A stretch of 64,000 nucleotides of DNA, taken from NCBI RefSeq assembly GCF_009914755.1, contig NC_060926.1. One strand, written 5' to 3'. Position 1 is the stretch's first letter. Each line of letters opens with the position of its first letter. The position numbers and the translations under genes are program-made. Source of the stretch: the human T2T-CHM13v2.0 reference genome, Homo sapiens. Positions 50,378 through 62,200 of the stretch are shown piece after piece. The notes beneath the pieces are model-generated. The model was not told where the DNA came from and did no database searches. It saw nothing but the letters and a program-made list of their open reading frames with translations.

Positions 50378-52494
50378 CTTCATAAAGTGCTTAAAACATG
50401 AAGAAGAAGCTCTTTATAAAGAGCCTTAACTAGGAAGACAAACAGCAAAGCAGAACCATGCCTGCTCCCTGCCCAACCCACCTGCAACTTTCCTCCAAGT
50501 GTGGCTCGGAGAAGAAACATCAACAAGGACCCTGGGCTTCGATTCAAAAACTCCTCTGAAGCCATCCATGCCCTGGGCATTAGGGAGGCCCACAAAGGTC
50601 AGGGCCAGGGCTGGGAGTGAATAAAGCCCAGAGGAATCCCCAGTAGGGGGGGTGACTCCCCCTCTCTCAGAAAAGATACTTACTTCTCTAATACCCAATG
50701 ACCCCCAAAAGCATGACTGAAACCCTGGGGACCAGTGGATACTTTTCTCAGATTTGATGAGTGGAGTTTAAGGTAGGTAACGTTACAGGGGCTTTCCTCC
50801 ATGTGTGGCGCTCCTCTGCTCCATCCTGGCAGCAGACAGACATCACCCAGAGGGCACGTGTCTGCCTGAGGCCTTCCAAAAGCAAGCCCACAGGCCCTCT
50901 CCTGAAGAAGTGGTGGTCCCAGAGGAGCTCTTGCCTCCTCACTAAGCTGTTAAGTATCCTTCTTCAGCACCTCATCACCCCCCATTTTTGCTAATTCAGG
51001 GTGCCCCAAGCTGCCAAAGTTCCCTGCAGATGCCTTGGGGAAGCCTACCATGTTTTCTACAAGCAAACCAGGGGCTGGGCCAAAGGACAGATACTTCATT
51101 TCAAAGTGCACTGCAGCCAAGCCAGGCAAGCCCCTGGGGCAGAAGGGACAGGCTGAGATAGCAGCTTAATGGATGGATGGGAGGACAACAAAGGCTTTTT
51201 CCTAAGTATAGGTGTCTCCCAAAGGCATAGTGGGACCTCCCTCTTCCAGGCAAGCTGACTGGTCTAGTATGGCTAAGTCCTGAGGCCAGACAATGAGAGT
51301 GAGCAGGGCAGCCCCAGGCCTGCCTGCCCGCCTGCCCAGCAGTGTTTATCCTGGGATCCTCCTATTGGGGTTGAGGGAGGGGAAGACAGCAGGAAGGTTG
51401 AGGGAGCAGCAACTTGGCCAGACCAAGAGATTAACTTTAGGGGAGGGGAACAGCCCACAGCAGTGCTGTCCATTCCCATTCCCAGGGCCCTGAGAGAGCC
51501 ATCCCTATGTATTCAACAGGTGGGAGGGGGACGCCACACAGCGGGAGAGGTCGACATCCAGGGGCTCTTGACCCCGCCCACCAAAGGCACATTTTAATTG
51601 GTTTCCAAAAGTTCAAACCCTGCAGCAACACAGAGTTTTGGCATCTGGACAGGCAACAAGAATAGACATGGAGGCTTGATCCCCAAATCATAAGCAGTCC
51701 CAAGCCCCAGCCTGGAGGGACCTACACATTGGAGGTGGTCAAGAGCTCGAAAAGCAAAAAGGTGCTCTCTCCGCACCCGCCCCTGCGCCCCACACATTCC
51801 CATGTGACACTCGTGGAAAGGTCAGAGGGGTCAGGGAGCAGCCTGAAGCACACACATCATCCACCACTGTCCACATGGCACTCGCCCCACAAACAGCTCC
51901 AGACTGAAGCAGACTCAGGACATGGCAGAGACTGGCCCAGACCACACAGGCTTCTTGCTCTCAGGGGAATGGGTGTGAGGCTGAAGAGGCTGGTTGCCCG
52001 TAACTCACAGACAAACAGGCAGCGTGGTCATTGTCCCAGTAATACTAGAAGCCCCTCCAGGGACTGGAGGGAAATGAAGGGGATGGGGCTTTGGCTGTGG
52101 GAAGAAATGGCTGACCATCCTTGGGGGATAATAAAGTATGTGCTAGCAACCAGTCTTGTCCCAGATTACTGCATCAAGCTACAGTTCACCCCTGCTCTGT
52201 CTTGGGGGAAGAGTTCCAATTCCCTGGGGCCCCCAAAGCTGAGGGATATGAAAACAGGCAGGTGGGAAAGACCCAGGGCTCCCAAAGACACACAAGTTGT
52301 GCACAGAACCTGATGCCTCCAAAGGGAATCCAGAGGGCCCCCTTCCAGCAGCCCCAGTTGAGGCAGGAGGGAGAGGAGCAAGGAGTGACAAGGCAAGACA
52401 GACGATGCCCCACTGCAGATGAGAGAGTTCAGGAGGAGAGAGGGCAGGCAGCAATAGGTCCATGCCAACCCTCCTGGGGGTAGGGTGAGGAAGG
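50355..52494 (-). other. RAB11FIP5: RAB11FIP5 3'UTR (~2.1 kb)
   Basis: Largely repeat-free sequence between the stop codon and the AATAAA/GU-rich cleavage signal; the exact cleavage base is inferred. Confidence 0.8.
51254..51338 (-). repeat. Diverged direct duplicate of the RAB11FIP5 last-intron acceptor and first codons (source ~52673-52757)
   Basis: gctaagtcctgaggccagacaatgagagtgagcagggcagccccaggcctgcctgcccgcctgccc versus gctgagtcctgaggccggaccgaagacagtgagcagggcagccctaggcctgcctgcctgcctgccc. Confidence 0.9.
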
Positions 52495-52698
52495 CTATTT
52501 GGGGGGGCCCGGGGGGATCTGCAGCAGCGTGGGTGAGGTCTCCATGATCCGCACCAGCAGCCGGTCGATGTAGCTCTCCAGCTCCTGCACATGCTCGTCC
52601 CGCTGGCTCAGCTCCCGCTCCCGCTGCAGGAGCAGGCTGATGAGCTCATCGTGGGTCAGGTGGTAGTACTTGGCCGACTGGTCCAGCACAGCTGAGTC
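52495..52698 (-). CDS. RAB11FIP5: RAB11FIP5 last coding exon with the FIP Rab11-binding domain (DSAVLDQSAKYYHLTHDELI...ELESYIDRLLVRIMETSPTLLQIPPGPPK*)
   Basis: Acceptor CCTCAG|GAC (phase 0), TAG stop at 52495-52497; 'ELEsYIDrLLvRIMEtsPtLL' is the FIP-RBD signature. Confidence 0.97.
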   Translation of the reverse strand, partial: DSAVLDQSAKYYHLTHDELISLLLQRERELSQRDEHVQELESYIDRLLVRIMETSPTLLQIPPGPPK

Positions 52699-52966
52699 CT
52701 GAGGCCGGACCGAAGACAGTGAGCAGGGCAGCCCTAGGCCTGCCTGCCTGCCTGCCCGCTTGCCCGCCCGCCCGCCTGCCCACCAACACCTAAGTTTCAC
52801 CACCACAGGGCCCCAGGCTGCCTGTCTCCAAAGTCAGAGCCTAACTGGCTTCAGGACTCTGATATGGGGGACCTGGCCTGCTCCCTGCCCCACCCTCACC
52901 AGGACCAAGCCCTGAGACTCCACCACACATTCTGTCAGATGGCCCCCACACCCTGCTGGGCCTTAC

Positions 52967-53156
52967 CTTCAGCCTTTTGGTGTCCACCATCTGGCCAGCC
53001 TGGGGGGCCTGGGTCACAGGCTGAATGCTCCCAGATGTGACTGTTTTGAGCTTCTCCAGCCCACTGCTCAGGGCTATGCTCAGACTGGAGCGGGACTGCT
53101 TCCTGTCGGGGCTGCCCTCCACAGGGGCGGCACTGAGGGGCTTCACGGGGTGGGGA
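52967..53156 (-). CDS. RAB11FIP5: RAB11FIP5 penultimate coding exon (S-PHPVKPLSAAPVEG...VDTKRLK)
   Basis: Acceptor TGTCTTTGCAG|T, 190 nt, donor AAG|GTAAGG; the PHPVKP motif is typical of class I Rab11-FIPs. Confidence 0.95.
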
Positions 53157-53699
53157 CTGCAAAGACATACAAGAGATGGGTTACACAGAGAGAAGGGTGG
53201 CACGGGTCAAAGGTGGGGCTGCCTTCCCTGTGGAGCCTCCAGGTCTGCTGGACAGAAAGCCCAGCACTGGGTGGTAGCTGCCCCTACAGAGTCAAGGTTT
53301 CAGGGCAGCGGTGTCCAGTACTCCTCAGCAACCCCCTGGGCTGGCCTCAATTCCCACCCCACCACCTGCTCCCTCCCCATTTCACTCCCTCATTCACCGG
53401 GTGAACTGACCCTTTCACAGGGACAGCAAAGGCCATGCTACAGACTCCTGTGCACCTGCACCCACCCTCTGTCAGGGACACCCTCCCCCAGCCATCTTCC
53501 CTCCTTTCTCTTCTATACTGTAACCTTTCTCTAGTGCGGTGACCAACCCTCCCAAGTTCCCAGTTTTCCCAGGACTGTGAGGATTCCCAGGACATGAGAC
53601 TTTGAGTGCTAAAACCTGGGCAAACTGGGACACTTGGTCAACCAGCTCTCTCTAGGGGTTGCTTCCCATCAGCATTTACATAGCCCTGAAAAACCCTCC

Positions 53700-54760
53700 C
53701 TTGACCTTATATTTGCTCCAGCTATCATTCCTAGTCACCTTCCCCTTTCTTCTCACCCAAGCCTCTCCGCAGCAGCATGGAGACTACATTTGTATAATTT
53801 CTTACCTTTCATTGACTCCTTAACCCATTAGAACAGGACGTCGGTCTCTACCGGCCCACCACAAGTGGACTTGTTGAGGTCACCAAGCCCTGCTGGTTCT
53901 CACCTCACTGACCTCTGTGGAGCCGACACTTGAAGCACTCCTTCCTTTGGGCTGCTTGCCTCCCTTTCCCTTCAAGACCTCCATTTCGTCTTCTGACCCC
54001 ACAGCCCCTTCTCAGTCTTAACAACTGCTAGTCTGCCCTTGGGTTCTCTCCTCTCCTCCTCCCTGCATCCTACCACTCTCCTAATCTCCATCTCTAACCC
54101 AGAGCTCACTGCCTGGACTCTAGACCTGCAGAGTCAGGTGCAGACTGGCTTGCTGCTCCCTGGGTTACCCCTCAGGTGCATCCCACTCCCCGCCACACCT
54201 CCTCTGTGCTGCCCTAGCAGTGAGGAGCACCTCTGGCCCCCACTGGCTCAGGTCAGAAAGTCAGAAGCCTAGGAGGTCCTCTGGCTCATCCTCTTCAGCC
54301 TCGGCCTTAACAATCAAGCACTGCCACCTTCCTACCTTCTCAAGCCACCCCACTCCTCTCCAGGCCAATGCTTAAACCTTCCTTCTAGTCACAGCCACTA
54401 AATCAGCTCCTCCATCTCAGTCTTGCCCACCTCCAACCATGCTGCTGCAGGATAATGATCTCAGCATTCTCAAAGCTTGAGAATCCTTTAATGGCTTCTA
54501 TCAAGGTAAGAAAATACAATCTCTAACACAATCTGGTCCCTGCCCTTTCTTCATGGTCCACTACTCCCAAAGCCACATTCTTACCAAGATCTTACAAAAG
54601 CTATTCTTCTGTCTGGAACAACATTGCCCCTTCCTCCCGTTGGCTCACTAATTCCTACTCATGTTTCACAGTTGTGCAAAGCCACCTTCTCCAGGAAGCC
54701 TTCCTGATTCCTCCAGGCTAAGATGACCCTTCTCTGGGATCCTCCAGCACCCTGTGACAG
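53700..54760 (+). mobile_element. Degraded L2 in a RAB11FIP5 intron
   Basis: C/T-rich L2-like motifs (atctccatctctaacccagagctc, ccaccttctccaggaagccttcctgatt). Confidence 0.5.
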
Positions 54761-56624
54761 GTACATAAACTATAACATAAACTGCATCAGGCTCCCACAT
54801 TAACTATCCTGCCCAGGGGGACCTCTTACAAATCTATGCTTACTTCACAGAGGATTTAGACCATTCAGGAGTAGAAAGCAAAATGGCTTAGTCCAAGGCC
54901 CTGAACTCCACTGAAGGAAGGGTCACCCAGACCCAGAGACTCTCAGGCTAGATCCATGCATTCATTCTCACAAATCGGGAAGAGTGGCAGAGCACCCATG
55001 CTCTGGGCAGACAGTATGGAGAAAGAATGCATCTCAGTCCTTTCCTGACACCTAGGAGCCTGTGCTAGGGATGGGGTATAAAAGCAGCTCTAATGCCACC
55101 TGCGGGCTGTGCCAGGGAAGGGGAGGATGACCAGTGTAGTATAAAAGTGCCTTGAATGAGGGGCCAGGAGGCCTTGGCTTGTTTGCCCCCTTACATCAGA
55201 GGGATCTGGGATCCTAAACCCTGCGCCTCTCATGGGCTCTATTTCTTCCTTTGAGGAATGAGACAGCTCTATTTGGCCCGTCCACTTCATAACAGAAGGA
55301 ACAAGCCCAGTACAGACATGAAGCCAACTCTGGGACGAATAAAACTTATAAAAAGTGGCAAGTATTATTAGAGGTCATGCTGGCAGACAGCAGGGCCAGC
55401 CGAGGACACTGCAACCACCAGCTCCCCCACATCCTCTCCCTCACCTCAAGGGAGGAGAGTCACCACCACCACCAGGGAGGGACACTGGGGGCAGCCTGGA
55501 CTCCCTCCCACCCACTTCCCATATGTAGTTCTGGCCCCTTGGGGTTTCTTCCCTTCTTGGGTCCACTTTATCTTCCCCAGTGGATTGGACATTCCTTGGG
55601 AACAGAGTGGAGACAGTGTCTTTCATCTGTTCAGCATCTGACACATAGTAGGTGCTCAGTGAATGTGGATGACCAAACATGAATGCCTGGTCGGGAGGCC
55701 AGTGCTGGAGCCTGCCCTGCTCTCCCCTCCCTTCACTCGGTCCTCCTAGAGCGCTATCGTCCCAGAGGGACTTGCTGCCTTCTAAGTCACACCCCATCAC
55801 CTCCCAGTGCCCTGAGTCTCCAGGCCTCTGCCCACATCACCCCTGACCAGCCACCTGGTGAGGTCACAGCTTCATAATTCTTCCAAACCTCCCAATGCCA
55901 CAGTGAGCACAGTCACACAGGCATCCGCTGTCCACTCAGCGGTCCTAAGTGCATCAGAACCACCCCTTAAAAGGCACCAAACGCAAACCAATGAAGCAAC
56001 TGCTGCGCGTGGGGAACCTTTCTTCTGAGAGTTACATATGTGGGAAGTGTTTGAGTTTTCCTTTTTCTTCTGAAGGTGTCTGCAGCTTTCTCTCTGACCT
56101 AAGTGCTGGTCCCTCCTCTGGCTCTCTGCCTTCCCCAGCCTGCACCCTCACTCTAGCAGAATAGGAAACTGCTCAAGGCTCCACTGCCAGCCTGCTCTGC
56201 CACGGTCTGCCCCAAGAACTACCCCCTGATTGACAAGTTCCACCGCCCCCCACCCACAGCTCCCCTGCGGCTGAGTGCACACACTCCAGAAGGGCCTACA
56301 GCACTGCTCTCCTTCCCTGCCAGCCCACATCGGCTCTCCCCACTTCATTCCTTATACCCTGCACCTCATCAGTGCTGTTCTCCAAACCCCTGGCTTGTGG
56401 GGGGCTGCCTTGATTATCCCAAGTCCCAAGAAAGCAGCTTCAGAGGTGGTACCATAGAAAGCTCCTGTCTTCAAAGCCTGTACCGTCTTGCCTCTGGGGT
56501 AAAAGAGACCCTCACCTGCCCCACAAAGGATGAGACTGGAGTGTGAACCCCTCAGTCCCTTGGGCTGTTCTGCCCCCTGTCCACCCCCTTCCTCCTGGAC
56601 AGTGTTCTGGGGGTGGATGCTCAC

Positions 56625-58637
56625 CTGGCACTGGGCTGTGGCTCCTCAGCTGGTCGTGTCTCCAAGGGCAGAAGCACAAGCGGGGAGGCTGGGGTGGCTG
56701 CAGCGAGGTCCTCCCTAAGTAGGGCAGGGGAGCCCCCAGGTGGGGAGGGCTCATGGGGGCCAGGGAGTAAGGCTGGCTCCCCTGGTGGTGCAGAGGAGGT
56801 AGTCAGGGGCCAGGCTTCAGACAGGGGAGAGCATGGAGGGCTGGGCCCCCCACGGTGGTGGCTGGCCCAAGGCGGGAGAGGGGGCGGTGGAAAGTCAGGC
56901 TCTGGGGGAGTGGGCAGCTCTTCTGGACCAGAATGAATAGAAGATTCCCTCGACCCTGGCGGGGATGCAGATGAGAGGCTGGGAGGATCTCGGCTCCCCT
57001 GAAACAAGAAGGGGTTCAAGGCATCTTCCTTGGAGACCCACACATCAGCCTGCTGGGAGGTGGCTGACAAGGACCCAAGCCCCTCTCCTACTGGATCCTG
57101 GCCCTGGGCCTCAGGAGCCTCAGGGCCTTCTCCAACCTCTGGAGTCCCCCAGATGTGCTGACTCTGAAGAGCCAAGCTCTTTGAGTGACAGGGTATGGGG
57201 GCAGGACCCTCAGGGCAGCTGGCGGGTGCAGACAGGCAGGGCCCAGACACAGGGGGGCTGGCATCCTCCACTAGCTCTTCCAGGCCAGGCTGGCCCAGCA
57301 GGGTTGCAGAGGAGCAGCTGTCAGACTCCTCCGACTCACGCTTCTCTCCCTCCTCCTTGGTCTCCGGGGGACCGACAACCAGTGCACTTGGGGAGGCATC
57401 TTCTCCCTCTGTCTCCGGCCCCCTGTTACTCAGCCCCACTGCGGCCTTCTCCTCCTCCTCCTCCTGGGATCTTGAGGGTGTGAAGAGGCGCGGTGGCTTG
57501 GGAGGTGGGGTGCTGGGCTGCAGCCCCTTGTCAGACACCCACTCGGGTTTAGGCTCGGGCTCCGGTGGGGGAAGCCCCTCGCTCCCCTTGGGGCTCACAG
57601 TTTCTGGTGATTCAGGCTGCACCTGGGGAGCAGGCTCATCAGACTCTCCCCGAAAGACTAGTGAGGCTGTCTCAGCTGCAGGAGAAATGGTGACCACATC
57701 CCAAGGCCAGGCATCATCAGCTGTCTCGACGTCAGGGCAAAGCTGATTTTCGCCTCGGGAGGACTCATCGTCCTGGCCCTCAGCAGCGCTCTCTGGGCCC
57801 GGCAGCCTCTCCCACACACTGATCACTTCTGGGGAGCTAAATAGAGATGTCCCACTGTCTGCCGGACTCTGCCCTGCTTCCACTTCCGGGGCTGGCAGTT
57901 CCCTGTCTGGTTCTGAGCCTGAGGCTCTCAGCTGTAGCTGGGCTGACGAGGAGGGCAGGCCAGCCCCTACCGACCCGAGGAGCCCTGGGTCAGCCGCGCT
58001 CGCGCTCTGGTGGTTCGGTCCCAAGTCCAGAGGAACCCTGGGCTCCAGCCACACGCTGCTCCCACCTCTTCCTCCTCCTCCTCCTCCTCCTCCTCCTCCT
58101 CCCCCAGGCTCTCCCTGGGGCTCAGCTGCCTTCGCAGTCATGGCCCCAGGGCCTGGGTCTTGCAGCCCTGCCGCCTCCAGCCCCACTCCTGCAGGGGCCA
58201 GGATCTCGCTCCTGGCCTCTGGACGCAGCCTGCTGGCAGCAAAGACGTTGAAGGTGTTGTCCCACTCAGGCAGGGCTTTCCCAGGGGAGGCCAGGGGGGT
58301 GGGGCTGGCCCTCGAGGCACTGGGGAGAGAGGGAGCAGGTGAAGGAGAGTTTAGTGCTATGTCGGCTATGAGCTCCTCGAAGAAGGGGTTGCTCTGCAAA
58401 GAGGTGAGGAACGGGTTGGTAAGACCCAATAATCCAGGTGGGGTGGCTTCAGGGGCGGCGGTGGTGGCGGCAGCGGCAGCAGTGGCAGCAGCGGGGGAGG
58501 CGGCTGCAAAAAGGTTAGTGCTTAGCATGGGAGCAGCAGTGGGAGCAGGAGTGGGAGGGGCCGGAGCCCAGGGGGAGCAGGGGAGGTGGTGAGGAAGAGC
58601 AGCTGGGTCAGATTCTACCTGAGGAGACACGTCCAGG
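56625..58637 (-). CDS. RAB11FIP5: RAB11FIP5 giant cassette exon (2013 nt, 671 codons, Pro/Glu/Ser/Ala-rich, predicted disordered)
   Basis: Lies within the 725-aa ORF 56621..58798; acceptor TTTTGTCTCCCTCCACAG|C at 58637 and donor GCCAG|GTGAGC at 56625, both phase 2; length divisible by 3; joins the next exon in frame (AG|T = Ser, then PHPVKPL). Confidence 0.88.
58070..58102 (-). repeat. Coding (GGA)11 STR within a Gly12 run
   Basis: Perfect (TCC)11 on the plus strand inside the cassette exon. Confidence 0.9.
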
Positions 58638-59013
58638 CTGTGGAGGGAGACAAAACCGTGAGCCTCCTGGTTAATGCCAAGACTGGAAAGGCCCCTGAGT
58701 CCCACGCCCCACCCCCTGCTTCGGGACCAGGGGCCATAACACACACATAGGCTGGATTTACCTACTTGGGCCAGGGTACAGAGGGAAGACCCCAACATGT
58801 AACATTATCAAGTGCCTCCCAAGGAGAAATATGCCAGGCAAAGCTATTTTAATGCTCACTCCAACCCCAGAGAGAAATCATCTCATCTGATAGGCAGGAT
58901 CCGATCCAAACCTAACCAAGTGTTCTTTCCTCTATCCCATGCTGAAGCTTCTAAGGTTCTACTCAACAAGGAATTTACATCTGGGAAAACTAATCTGAAA
59001 GCGCCTTACATCC

Positions 59014-59281
59014 CTTTTTTTTTTTTTTTTTTTGAGATAGAGTCTCTTGCCCAGGCTGGAGTGCAGTGGCGCGATCTTGGCTCACTGCAACTTCTGCCTC
59101 CCAGGCTCAAGCCATTCTTGTGCCTCAGTGTGTGCCACCACACCTGAATAATTTTTGTATTTTTAGGAGAGATGAGGTTTCACCATGTTGGCCAGGCTGG
59201 TCTCGAACTCCTGGCCTCGTGATCTGCCCACCTGGCCTCCCAAAGTTCTGGGATTACAAACATGAGCCACTAAGCCTGGCC
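59014..59281 (-). mobile_element. Alu (internally deleted)
   Basis: Poly-T plus reverse Alu consensus. Confidence 0.88.
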
Positions 59282-62200
59282 CCTTTTAGGACTAAAAGCA
59301 AAGAAAACACCAGCTGGCATGGGGGGATAAAGAGACCAGAGAAAGGCCAGGCCTAGGTATCTGGCTGGACAAAACCAGAACTTATAGGACCTAGCAGGGC
59401 ACCTAGAATTCTGACACTTGAAACAGCCTGGGTTCTATTGATCCCTTGCAGAAGCAGAAGTAATGACGGGCTGTCATTGGGTGTGACAAGGTGTCTTGTT
59501 TCTTTGAGGGGCAGCCTAACTGGCTAAGGAATATAAGCCACCTGTGGAGAACGTCAACCAAAAGGTGCCCTGATGGTCCAGCCTTTGTCTGCCAAGGCTG
59601 GCAGTGTGACAGCAGCAGCAACTCTGGATGTCACCAGGGGCTTCTCAGGGACTCTGGGGACGGGGACAGGGCAGGTGCTCTTAGGACACTGGAGAACAGG
59701 TTCTGGCCTTCATCTGTCCAGGACAGGGTCCTTTCTGGGGGAAACGCCCCCTGCACTGGTGCTTATCCACAGAGTGAGGCCGACTCCAGAGATGCGGGCA
59801 GGGGCGTGCTCTCAAACTAGAGCTTCTCACTTCCCTAGGACCCAGACAGAAGGCCAGAAAAAATGGCTGCCTTGCCACTGAGCCACCGTCAGAGGCAGAC
59901 CTCGGTGGCCTCACCCTCTGCCTTCTAAGCAGTCTCCCTCCTCATGGCTGGTCTCCCAGGCCTGGCTCTAAGCTTCCAGGACCCCTGTTCCTTGGCTCCT
60001 GCCTGTCCAGGTGGAAATATCCTGGGGAAACCCCTACACATCCGACTTTTCAAGCCAACCAGCTTCTTGCACAGGAAATGTAGACAGTGAGTCCTGAAGG
60101 GGCAGAAGCCGGGCTTTGGCCAGCCAGCCCATAAGGAGTGTGGCTTGGGGTAGGAAGGGCACCTGTGGAAAGAGCATGAGCTGTCTGGAGCTTGCCCGGA
60201 TTCTCCCAGGAACCCAGGGCCCAAAGAGGGCAGACCCACACAGAGGTGGACTGAGGCAGGTCAGCTCGGCAGCTACCACCAGGGGCGGACCACAGGAAGG
60301 AGTCCAACTAAACAGAGGCACAGGTAGCTCCAAAGATGGTTCTGGGAGAAGGGAGGTCAGCCTCACAGGTCCCAAACCCAGGGATTTCTCGTAAGAATCA
60401 GTTTCCCGAGAGTCTCCTGACCCTATTTTTCCCCTTACAATAACTCCCCATCCAAAGGTAAATTCTCAGTCTCATCCCCTCCACCTAAAGATGGAGGGAG
60501 AGGGAGGTAAAAATTCCCACCTGTTCCCACCCCACCTGGGCTTCCACTACTACCCTGCTTCTATGGACATGGTGAAGATACCAAAAGAGGAAGAATCGTG
60601 GGCCCAGAGCCTCAACCCCAGCAGATGCCCTTTCTCCCTTCATTCCAGACAAGCCCCAGGCCAAGGCACACATGCCTGCTGTGGGGACCAAGGGGAGTGA
60701 GAAGCAACATACACCACCACCAGGTCAAGAGCCTGACCTCAGCCCACTTGCCATTAGTGCATCCATACCACACCCAGCCCAACCCTGTCTACAGGACCCG
60801 GGCCCCCAGGAACAGGGCTAGAGCACTCTGAGCTGCTTCTCTCCCCAGCCCCCTTTATGACAATAGGCCACAGTGGTCTGAAGGAAGAGAGTCCCATCAA
60901 CATTAAAAGCACTACGCTTAACTCTGCCCCCTCAGCCCTAACCTGGCCTGCACTCACCCTTGCAGTCTTTCAGCAACCTGGCTGGCAGTCAGAACTGCAG
61001 GGACAAGAGCGGCAGGGGAGTAGACTGGGAGCCTCAGGTTAGGCTCGGCAACCTCCCTCTCCCGGCCAGCTCCCCAGAGGTACACACAAACCTGTTTGTA
61101 TAGAATCAGCAAAGGGCTCTCCCTGGAGGAAGGGACTCCAAGCACCAGGCCTGGCAGGCTTTACAGAGCCAGCAGTACTTCTGAGGGCATCTGTCCATCC
61201 TCCTATCTGGTAACACATCCCTCCTTCATGCCTTCCTCTTCCTTGCTCCACACCAAGTGCACATTCTGAAGGTTCTCACTTCAAAACATCTCCCTCCCAC
61301 TCCACCTGGCCCAGGTCAGGAACATATTCCCACGTATGCTTGTCTTTGCAGGTCATGCTCTGAGAACAAATAAACACCTCTGCATCCTAGAACCTACTGT
61401 GCCGGCCTGGCACACTCTCCCCACCCCCAAGCGGTGGGGGCAGCAATATATGCTGATTTGTCTTCTCTTTTAGGATCAAATGCTGGGAAGGAAGTCAGAA
61501 GTCCAGATGTCTCTGCCCCTTCAACCTGAGGGAATAAAACTTTACTGCCTGCAGGAAGCTCTGAACAATTGGTTGAACCTGCCACTCAACACAGGAACCA
61601 CCTGTTCACCCTGACAGCCCCTCTTCTTAAACACTACACCACAGGGCTACCTCTGTAGCTGAAGGCCAGGTGTCACTAGCAGACAACTCTTCCTTGGGCT
61701 GAAAAGAGCTCTGTGTCCTTGTTATTTCCACACACTGGTCCCAGAGATGGCAAGTGAATCTGCACAAGCTCTCTACCAGGCAATCCCCCAAAGGCCGAAG
61801 CCAGCCTTGGAGGCACGTTCATCTCTAGCAACACTGCCCTTCAGCCTTCCATCCTGAGGCACGACCTCCTGACCCTCCTGAGATGGGCCCAACGTGCAGG
61901 AAACATGTCCAAGAGACGGGTACATCCTCTCCCATCACCTGGGCACAATGAGGTGACAGGGGCCTTGTAAGCTGTAAGTAGGGAGAACGTATCATTTATC
62001 TTCCAAACCAGAACACTGTTAATACAGTAACCATGACAAGAGCATGGTTGTGAGGAGCACATGAGGAGAGCAGGACGTGAGGCTGCACTAACTCCAAGCC
62101 ACTGGGAGCACATTATAGTTACTCATTTACACCACCAAGAATGCAGCCAAGCTCCTTCCGCTGCCACAGCACATTCCAGGCCCACAGGGAGGGACCTTGT

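Noticed and set aside
51729-52313. 194-aa plus-strand ORF antisense to the RAB11FIP5 3'UTR
   Set aside because: Non-ATG start, no recognisable homology, no supporting promoter or splice structure.
56613-58592. Plus-strand ORFs of 107-183 aa overlapping the cassette exon
   Set aside because: Antisense shadows of GC-rich coding sequence.
58611-58621. Alternative CAG near the start of the cassette exon (TCTCCTCAG|GTAGAA)
   Set aside because: As an acceptor it is phase 0, which breaks the phase-2 symmetry; as a donor it is weak.
58638-58798. N-terminal 54 codons of the 725-aa ORF (MLGSSLCTL...)
   Set aside because: Upstream of a good phase-2 acceptor at 58637, compositionally unlike the exon and with no promoter evidence; most likely intronic sequence that happens to be open.
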